This document shows positions 53,801-64,000 of a DNA stretch of 64,000 nucleotides, one piece after another. Position 1 is the first letter of the stretch; every line of letters starts with the position of its first letter. The stretch covers positions 186,001-250,000 of the forward strand of contig NC_134036.1 of the NCBI RefSeq assembly GCF_964204645.1. The letters run 5' to 3'. The position numbers and the translations under genes are program-made. Under the pieces are notes generated by a model. The model was not told where the DNA came from. It ran no database searches and saw only the letters and a list, made by a program, of their open reading frames with translations. The DNA comes from Tubulanus polymorphus (Eukaryota > Animalia > Nemertea).

Positions 53801-56349
53801 AAATTTATGCGTACATACATTAGTATTATCGATCGGTTTATGATGCGTCTCGCTGCAAATTGTTTTATCGATTAAAAAAACTCTACGATACATATAGATT
53901 GCTATGCGCGTGTTTAATGGAATTGAAGATATAAATGGATCCCATTAAACTCGACAATACACGATGGTGGAAAATTTGGAGTTTTTTTCGATAATTTCGG
54001 ACGAATTTAGAGCGAAGACAAGTTTTTCTCCAATTTCCGATATATTTCATACCATTACAACTTATCTTGTCTCTTCTCTCCTCACTTTCTCTTCTCTCTC
54101 TCTCCTCTCTCCTCTCTCTCCTCTCTCTCCTCTCTCTCCTCTCTCTCCTCTCTCTCCTCTCTCTCCTCTCTCCTCTCTCGCTCTCGTCTGTCCCGTGATT
54201 TAATGAATCTATTGCTCCGTTTAAATCACAGTTTTATCGCGGAATTACTCCAGTTAATGGTGACACATAGAACGCATTCTACCGAATTAAAGTCGCAATA
54301 AAAATGTGTGTGAGTTTGAGTTTCGCAGTAAAATCAAATCTAAACTAAAATAAGATAAATTTATGGCGTTTATTTAAAGATAAATGATGTTTTCGGAAAA
54401 AGAATCGATATAAAGTCAGCGCCAACTGCGCCATAAAACGATGTTTTCAGATACGCGGGCCACAGTATGATTTCCAGAGACAAGTGACTTGTCTATTGTC
54501 ATTATGCCCTTATACAAACCCAGCACACCGGGAGCGAAACTTGAAGAGAAAACCCCACAATCGAAAGGAAAATTATACAAGTTATCTTAACGTTTTCAAT
54601 CGAACAATTTTCAAAACAGTTTTGAAAAAGGCTCCAGAATAACTAGAAAGTTTTTCTTCGAATTGTAAGTTTTCTTCTCTTAAAGGACCACACTGTAGTT
54701 TTAAACCTGCGAAACACATGGTTCTTATTTTATTTCTTAAATCATATTAACTTTCCCCGAGTTATTTCCGTGTCTTTCCAAACATCCACACTCTTACAGG
54801 CAGCAGTATATATGAGAAACTTTCTCAAAGTATTTTTGCTATCGGTATTTCAAGGGGAGCAGTTGAGTTGAGGTGGGCTTAAAAAAACTTTGTCACTCAA
54901 CACTTCTAATTATCAGCGAGAGCGGGGAGAGTGAGAAAGGGAGAGAGGAGAGGGGGATAGAGAGGGGGAGAGAGAGGAGAGAGTTCCAGTTTACTAATAA
55001 ACACGTTGGTATTTCATCTTCTTGTTCTCAGTTCAGGATTCTGATGGAAGCTACGATTCCTGCTGATACATTTCAATGTAATCAGACGAACACCAGTAAT
55101 ATCTGTAATCATGAACTCACATGAAATTCACAATAATTCTGTGAAATATAGAATCTATGTATATTTATATACAGTACTAGCTGCAGCAGTGGTGTTGATG
55201 TGTGCGTGGATGAAATTCAGATTAAATTAAGTCAAGAACCTCTTCACGATGTGAACATCTACGACAGTTTCACTAGTGACTGATACAGTTTAATTACCAT
55301 GCAGCTGAAAGCGCTCGGTCTCACTACACTTTCACACATTGATCGACTTGGACAAAAAGTTGTGGACGACGCATTAATTTTATGCGTATTTCCGATATTT
55401 CGCCCAGTTTTTTCCAATGAAGATCAGAAAGTGTGCGCTCCTCATATGTGTATATTAATTACTTACATATATTTCCCGATATTATCCTTAGTTTTTTATA
55501 TGGAAGAAATTGCATGCTTAGAAATATGCATGTTTATCGCATAATATTCATTCTACGCGGAAAAAATAAATGACTTCATATTATTGATGTATTTAGTCGC
55601 CTCTGTGGACCTCTATAGACCAGTCTGCACCTCCACGGACCTCCACGGACCTCCACGGACCTCTCTCTACTTTGTCTTCTCGCTGCTCGATGCTTGTTTT
55701 ATTCGACGATTTGCATCATTTCATTAGATTACATCCGGGACCTCCGTCGTTACGGTTGTTGACTGCGCACCGTCATACGGGACATCTTCCGATTGTTGCG
55801 GTTGCCTAGCACGGTAATTTTTTTAGCCGCGCGTTGGCCTATGGGAATTCTTCAATTGTTGAGTTATTTTTTTGTTGCGCAGCGACGACACGCGGGATTC
55901 AATTGTTGCGCGGTTGTCGGTTGCCTAGTTGTGAATCGCCTTGGAGACGATTGTTGCGGACTGTGACTCATGGGAAATTTAGAGAAGAGAGCGCATGACG
56001 TGTTGGAAGGAGAGAGAAGGGGAGAGGGGTATTAGTCTTATACACTACTGCTGGGTAAATTGGTTTTTAAGCAACTGTGAAACTGCTACAGCGCAGAATC
56101 TCGAGATAAAAACGCATTTACGCGGCAATGAATTATTAATCGTTAGTAATCCCGATAGATTTCAAAACAAGAGGAAAAAGCAGTGAAGACTTTATCGTTG
56201 AGTGGTGTTCTCTAGACATTCATCAGGTCACTTTCTTTACAGCAGTAAATACTGGCATCAGCTGGATGAAGTGCTGATATACATCGAGGGAGGGTTTCTT
56301 CGACGATTTGTCAACAATTACCAAGACTTTTATTCAATCCACGAGCTGA

Positions 56350-56465
56350 GTCCTATTCCTCGTCCGAAAGGAGCTAGCCCGGTTCCTCGTCCGAGCAGAG
56401 CTTCCCCGGTTCCTCGTCCGAGCAGAGCTTCCCCGGTTCCTCGCCCGAACAGAGCTTCCCCGGTC
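56350..56465. repeat. 24-bp tandem repeat, ~4 copies (CCCGGTTCCTCGTCCGAGCAGAGCTT-like)
   Basis: Direct tandem units. Confidence 0.9.
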
Positions 56466-57785
56466 GGTTCCTAACCCGAGTCGAAACCGATTTGAAATTT
56501 AAATAAAACAATGGCTGATATCATACGACTTCCGGTCGTACTAATTACCAACACAAACACAACAGCAACAATATCCCGGTTAAAACTCAAACTGCAAGAG
56601 AGCCAAGATTACTTCCTTTATCCATTGTAATTACTAGATGCAATTCGAAAAGGAATAAGAGATACCTTTTCATGGTAAAAAAAAAACAGTTAACAAGATG
56701 GCGGATATGTTTTACAATGAAGGCTGTAATTACTGTAGAGGCGCGGGTCCCAGTTACGCGTGGGTTTGAGAGGAACAAATCACATTCATCCCCGATAATT
56801 TCCACACACACACGTGTTTGAGATATGTCTGTCTGTGAAGCTGCATTGAATGCAGCAAAAAAGACGGATTCAGATCGGTCGTCGGCGATGAGGAGGAAAT
56901 TAGGTGTTAACAAGCTTATAACGATCCGCTTAGAAACATTTAATTATCGTTTCTCGCTGAGTCTGTGTGATGTGTGCGGGTATGAGATGAGCTGATTGAA
57001 CTGTGTGAAGCTGCGCCGCAGACTCGCGCGTCCCGTTATCACAGAACGTGCTTCAGAATGTATTAATCCGCCTCTACTGACAAATTACTTGTGGATGGTG
57101 TGAGAACCGGCCCAACGGGTACATCAGTAAAACCGGTGTAAGACACGTTGTTGCACCACTGGTCTTGATCTAGTCTAAACGAATGCCAAATCGCTTAGTT
57201 AGAACCAACGTTAACTTTTTGATTTGAAAAGTTAGATACCGTGGCACAGCCTCTATTGGATCTTAATAAACAAAAATTATAGAACCAACATGAACTCAGA
57301 CTGGTCTTAAGGTCTAAGCCAGACCGCGCTGCAACTGGGCGGTACCTAAAACATTGTTGGTGGACATCAGTGCCCACATATAGGATCTACTTAAACTTCA
57401 AGAACAATTACAATATTGGGATAAACCATTGCTACATCAAATTGCAAACCCAAACCACAATGATGTCAAAACTGACTGTTCCTTGGTGGAATAATTCTCA
57501 GACTTAACTCAAAGTTTGGAAAGTTTTAACCCTTAAACGGTATCAGCGTCAGCGATTCGTGTGTAACAAGTTTATAGAGCTTGTGCACCTGAACTAATGA
57601 CGTCACGTGCAGTAATCAATATCGTCAATTTTCCGGTCACGTGGCCACGCGCGCGCCATCGCGCTCGTTCCCAGGCGGAAAGACGGGTGAAACCGGAGAA
57701 CGGTGTAATTGGAGACCGATTATCGGTTACGGGTAAACGCATTAAATAGTTCCCGGCAATGAATGATACTTGATACCACAGCAGT

Positions 57786-57827
<42 letters not shown>

Positions 57828-58755
57828 TAACCTCTTATCACTGTGGATACACGTAGTACCTTGATTAGTACCTAATTTAGGTATTTACCATATATGATAA
57901 GACATTTGAGGGCCATTTTGATGTTTAAGTATGATAATGAACTGCGAGTAGAATTCACGTATAAGGTGACAGTGACAACTTATTTTGACAGACGACACTC
58001 AATGACAGATGTAGAGAAAATGTCCTGACTGACTGACTAGTTACAGTTCCAGTTGAAAACTTGTGGCGACAAAATTGGTGAAAGTTGTTTCTTGGTCAAA
58101 GGTTCTACTTTGAGCTCCCTATAACGTTTATCTTGGCGTTTTGTTTATTAAAAGAACTTCTAAATCTGCTAAATGTCCATGGAAAAGTCTATATTCGTAG
58201 AATGACCTTTTTGAACTGGATTTTTATCGTTTCTTTTGGTGAGCAGTAAATACTGGCTGTAGACAGTTAAATATTCGTTCTGATTGCACCATCTATAACT
58301 GCACACATGACCGCCAGAGTGGTCAAATGTCGAACAGAGACACCATAATCTCGCCTAGGTAATTGCCTGGTCATTTGTTTATAGCCACAGTTCTATTAAT
58401 GGTCCCCAGGGGGCGCATCAATCTTACGACAGTAATGGCCGTGGAGTAATTTGCCAGGTTGTCACGTTACGCGTTGTTCGTGTTATCACCGATTGCAGCG
58501 CAGACTAGTTGATGAGAATTGATAAAGATATCGCGTCTTGGTCAAAGCAATGTTCCTTGTCCAAATAAGGCTTTGTATTTTTGGGAAATTCGTTGGCAGT
58601 TTCTCAGCTGTCGTCTGCTCTTACCATATCACGTGACGATACACGTGGGAATTCACGGATAAACAAATGCTCGACTTGGATGGACGCGAAAGATACAGCT
58701 TAATCGTGCATCCATTTTGAAAATGGTCACCGGACTAATGTCTATTTCTTCTTGG

Positions 58756-58910
58756 CTTCAGAGCACATCAAGTGGCCTAGCTCAGTCTGTTTTGGTGGTA
58801 CATGCCAGATATAGGTCCTAATTGAACCAGAATGATCAGAACAGAACCAGAATACAACCCCTTTCAATGTAGACATTTTGGCAATCCTTGAGTACGGTGT
58901 AAAATGGAAG
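58756..58910 (+). repeat. Dispersed repeat, second copy at ~63088-63250
   Basis: Both copies share GCTTCAGAGCACATCA.GT.GCCTAGCTCA..TACATGCC and CAACCCCTTTCAATG. Confidence 0.75.
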
Positions 58911-60797
58911 GAAGTCGATGTTTCACTTCAAATGGCAGTCAATTCTGGTCCTTTAAAGATCTGTATAAATTATATGTACAACCAGAACTGACTGAGTATG
59001 GCCATGATGTCCTCGCCAAGCAAAGTTGAAATATACATTAGTATATTTTAGCTCATGGTATTTTCTCAGAACTGCTAGGTTCGGTACATACGTGGAACCC
59101 CCTAAGGCGGCTATAAGACGGTGGAACCGCCGGTCGGTTCTGTGGTAGCTGGTCTGATACTTCACTCAGTTGGGTGATGGTAATTGATTCTGAATGAACT
59201 GGTCTCATGCGGGACTGTAATCGAATCAACCATCATGGTTTGAACGCCACTGTCTCCCTGGCAGCCAACGGGCATTGTTAACGGTAATCATAGTTGACGA
59301 CTGTCATGACGACGCAGACCGCAAAAACGAGGTTATTAAAAATTTACAAGCGTTTGTGGGAGTTTGTGATGAGCAATGAGCCATTGGGCGTAGATAGGCA
59401 GGTAGGAATAAAAAATACATTTAGGGAATTTTCAAAACAGGCCTTGTACGGTATGATATCCCAAAAGACCAGGCATCAGATGAATATTAAGCTGACTATG
59501 ATATCGCTTATCAAAGTGACGAGGTAAATACTAGTTAAAAGTAAGACGAGTTAAATATATGAAGTCCCACAACCACGAAGCCGAAAAGTTAGAATAACTG
59601 TTAAATTCAATCATGAATATTCATATTTTCAGTTTATCACTTGTAACAAGCGTTATTTTTGAATCGTTAACGTTTTTCTTTCCTTACAATAACAGTTTAT
59701 CTGGTGCTGAATTCACAGAAACAGATCGATATGCATCAGAGTCAGGTGAACTCTCTCTCCTCTCAATCTCTTCTCTCTCTCTCTCTTTCGGTTCATTCAC
59801 TAATTAACCTCGAAACGCGCGCGTTTGTGTGCAGTAGAATAATCAGCTACAAGATGTTACATCGTTAGGCTCAGCATCCTGACCACCTGACTAGGAATGT
59901 TATACGGCTATATAATATACCAACGTTACTGAAGACGTTGTTCTTATATCTAAGGAAGTTGTTTCAAGGAACTGGGAACAGGGTATACGCATACATTACT
60001 ACTAAATGATTTAAAAGCCTCAACATATTTACCATACTCGCACTGCAACTGACCTGTGGTAAATTTCTACTTCCCAACCAGTGAGGTTAGAGAGGTCGCC
60101 TCACACCTCCCCTGTCCAACCATCGCCAAATGACACCCTCAAACTTAACTCTAATGATGTTATAGATAATAGGACTAAAATGACGACCATCTTTTCCTGC
60201 GTTTTGTTTACAGCCTAGATATATCGATTTCTAAGTGTACGCAGCTCTTCTTGTATCTAACCTTTCTGCTAGCCTTACTTCGCCTGAGAATTCATCCGAA
60301 CCGTCATTAGATTTATTACAAAGTTTATCTCATGTGTGAAAACAATGTTCGTTTTCTAAACCGTCGCTTTTTGTTCACGGGAAGTAGCTTGAAAAAAACT
60401 TCATTGCAATTCGGTTACCTCGACAACCAACCGTCGTATCTGTTATTAGATCTACGGTAACCTTTTCGCTATCGAAGTCGTGCGGGTTTCCTCCATGCTG
60501 CGGGCACTTGCATCGAGGAAAAAAGAACTCCGCGCATAGCTCGCAGAAACGGAGAAAGTGCTTTAGACCAGCTGAGTGTGACGTTAAACCGCCGAGGTCT
60601 ATCGAGCGAAGCTCTACAAATGGCAGTTCCTTTTACCGGGCGACTTTTAATATTTCTGAAGGAAGAAAGCAAAGGTTTGGTGTAAAGGTGATAGTCGTAA
60701 CCGTGTTGTCTGTGGGGATTAACCAGACGATTTAGCACTTGATGAAAAAAATGTTGGGTGATCTTTTACCATCGCAGTATACGCCATTACACTCGAA

Positions 60798-61036
60798 TGG
60801 CGCTAGATAAAATACCTGTCAACTTTCATTAAAAACTCAAAGTTCTGGATCTTGAAAGCAATTGGCAAAAAAGTTAGAAGTCAGTGTTCCTGATCAAAGT
60901 ACGCCATAACATTGGAGAAAAGATAATGTTTACGAATTCTACCGTGGCGCTAGATACAAAACCTGTCAACTTAAATAAAAAAACTCAAAGTTCTGGATCT
61001 TCAAAGCAATTGGTAAAAAGATAGAAGTCAGTGTTC
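60798..61036. repeat. ~90-bp direct duplication with ~147-bp period; a degenerate ~120-bp tandem array follows at ~61490-61990
   Basis: TGGCGCTAGATA..ACCTGTCAACTT..AGTTCTGGATCTT..AGAAGTCAGTGTTC occurs twice. Confidence 0.8.
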
Positions 61037-64000
61037 TACGGAGATGGGTCATCCAGCGAATGAAGTCATTTCACCAGACTCTAAAGGATATATGCCCAAA
61101 ATGTAAGAGGCACGACGACTGACTTGGTCCTCTCAAGTCAAGTAAAATGGACATAGGTACCAAAGAAGTTTCACCAAAATAGTTTAGATGTTGGACAACG
61201 CTTAGTAAGAACTATATCGATCCCTACGAGTCAGTGATAGGTAATGATTATACGCTAGTACGGTATTCACCACTTACACCCGGAGGACTGAGTTTTTATC
61301 TGCCTCATCAATGTCAACTTGTGTCTACTTAACTCAGTTATCGTTAGCTCTTGATTTCAGCGGGACAGATTTTTCTTCTCGCAGGCACAAGAAGAAAAAA
61401 GAGAAAGAGTATTAGATCACAGCCAGTAAGATAGAAAGGAGTCACTTTCCTAACAAACGTGGATTGATTGACCACTGCTAATGCGATGGATGATCTGATT
61501 CCGAGGTATAGCTTTTAGAAAAATTAATCATTTGTCTGGACATAACTTCAACGATCCCACCAATTTTTCTAGAGCAATGAATAATCTGATCTCGATGATT
61601 GTATAGCTTAGACATTTCTTAGAAAAACTAATTTTGTCTGGTTTTTCAACGATTTTACAAATTTTTCAGAGCCAAGATATATTTAAAAAAAGATGATTTG
61701 ATTTCGATGTAGTACATATATGAAAGAATTAATCACTTGTGTGGTACTTATAACTTTTAACGATGCCGGGAGGTTTGCAAGTTATAACGATTTATCATCG
61801 CCATGAACTTCAACTTCAATTTGTAATACAATTAGAAGAGAGAGTCTGAAACCATTAGTGAAAATGTTTTAAGAAAACAATGTCGATTTACAATGAACTG
61901 ATTTCGACGTCATAAGATACATAGAAAAATGAATTATCTCTTTGTGATAATGTACATGCTTTTCAGTGGTTTTACCAATCTTTAAGAGCATGACAAGGGC
62001 TTTTTAAGTAACAAAGCTAACAATTTATTATCACGTGAACTTCAAGAAGCACTGGATAAAAATTCCAAATTTAGAACACAATTGAAAAGAGAAGCCATTG
62101 GAAAGAAATCGTAGACAACCGAATTTCTAGTTCAAGCAAGGTTCGGGACATCCTCCAGTACCGCCAGTCGAAGCAACTAACTTCAGAAAAATGTATCTGC
62201 CTCCGTGAGACTTGTATGTCTTAATAAATTACCAATTAATTTTCTTTCCAAACTTAATCGAGTTACTTTAACGACGATACCGTCGTGAAAAGATTAATGG
62301 CAGCAGTCATAATTTGGTGTATCTGGTTCGAGTGTAAGTTTGATGAGGTAATTATAGTGTTAGTTATTGGAGTATGAATGTTCAGACAGATTGAGGAGGA
62401 GAGCTGCTGTAATTGAGCGGATATTGAGAGGTAATCAACTAGAGATCATTTAACTCCAGCTCAAGCTCTCTCTATCTATCTCCGCCGCTCACCTACCTTA
62501 GTTTAATTATCTACTTGTTCATCAAAGACATTAACAGATATAAGAGACTTCAACTGGATGTGCCAGTAATAAATGTTATATGTATATATCTAACTATCTG
62601 GGGCAGCCCCAGATAGTTGACCAACTGCAGCCGCTGCAGTTGGTCAAAAGTTGGTTAAAGATGACCTCTGTTGATGAAACCATAGTAACAATGAACTTTT
62701 AATTGTGGTAGAAAAGCTTGTGAAATTCTTCATTGAGTTGTAAACAACTCAATTCTGCAGAGATACAAATAAACCATCAAAGCAACTCTCTCTCCCCCTC
62801 TCTCTCTGTCTCTATCTCTTGTTTTTGATATCTCAATCTCGTCCTGTAATTGAGAATTTCAAACTGTGTATCGCAACACCTGAAGCCAAATCTAGATTCA
62901 TAAAAACTGCGCCTTTCTTGTTGCTGTAGCTGAGATGGAAACTCAGGAAAATTTCCATTTCTCATTTATTTTTTTCCAAAGCAGCACAAAAAGGAATGCC
63001 CGAAGAAACGTTGAGAAACTGCTACTGAATTCACAGAAAAAGGTCAAACTTACAACAAGCGAGGCGGCTAATCGTCTATTCAAACTATGCTTCAGAGCAC
63101 ATCAGGTTGCCTAGCTCACTCAGTTTTAGTGTTACATGCCTTTGTAAGACCAAAATTGTTAAACTTTCAAATTATGGAGTCATTTTTCTCTTTTCAACCC
63201 CTTTCAATGAAGTCTTTTTGGTAATCCTTTAATACAGTTTAAAATGGATTAGAAATTACTGGCATTTAAAGATATCAGGTACTGAACTGACTGTGAGTTG
63301 CTAGAAAACCGTAGCTATTGGGACCATAAATATTTATGCGATATTATTGTAATAAGTTCATTGATATGCAAACCGATGGCCAGGTAACTTCACTGTAATC
63401 TAATGCATATATCTTACGGTCTTTAGGGACGAGATGACTATGAAATATTCTAGAATTCCATAGAAATTCGTATCTAGTTTCAGAGTATGTGACGTTTCCT
63501 AGCGATGGTAATGCAACGAATTCAAATATAACTGTTTACATTGTTGTTCGCTAATGTTTCGGGTGCATAGATTCGTCAAAAGCTTTTGATTCGGTTACGT
63601 ATTCATTGTGGATCTAGAATTATTCATTAAACATTAACAACATCCTTTGTTTTGATATGACGACAACTTCAAAACTAACAACAGCTTGTACCGAAAAGCT
63701 GTCGAACTAACTACAAACATAAAAATATTTTAAGTTAAAAAGCTTTTGACCCTATAGACTGTCAAACTTACTTAAAAAACTAAAATCAAAACAGCTTGTG
63801 CAAGAAAGCTTTCGATCCTATTGCAAGGAAGTTTTAGAATATCGAAGTCAAGGTTTTTAAACTCGAAGAAAAACAACAACATCAAATTTCAGATTAATTC
63901 AAACAAAGCCTTTGATACTGTAAAACTCTGGTGCCTCGTGTGGGTTGCTCATGAAACGAAGTCGAGATATTTCTTATCCGTTTGAAAATCTAATTAAAGT

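Overview
AT-rich eukaryotic genomic DNA with compact GT-AG introns. It is most consistent with an invertebrate bilaterian; that is an inference and the species cannot be determined here. Bases 1-35.3 kb are gene-dense. From left to right they hold two orphan copies of the last two exons of an RCC1L/WBSCR16-like gene (the second copy has a premature stop), a complete 36-exon PSME4/PA200 gene (-), a 4-exon gene for a 75-aa secreted peptide I do not recognise (+), alpha-tubulin (-), a full-length 196-aa COMMD6 (-), a 649-aa CD20-like 4-TM protein with a PPPPY motif (+), and RPS27 (-). The peptide gene is absent from the ORF track and COMMD6 appears in it only as a fragment. COMMD6 and the 4-TM gene share a ~200-bp bidirectional promoter built from ~57-bp units that carry kB-like, ETS, YY1 and E-box motifs and TTAGGG repeats. 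From 35.3 to 64 kb I find no coding exon I can support, only MITEs, mini/microsatellites and clusters of regulatory-like motifs. Exon models were assembled by hand from splice signals and reading-frame continuity. Homology calls come from recall of the protein families, not from database searches.
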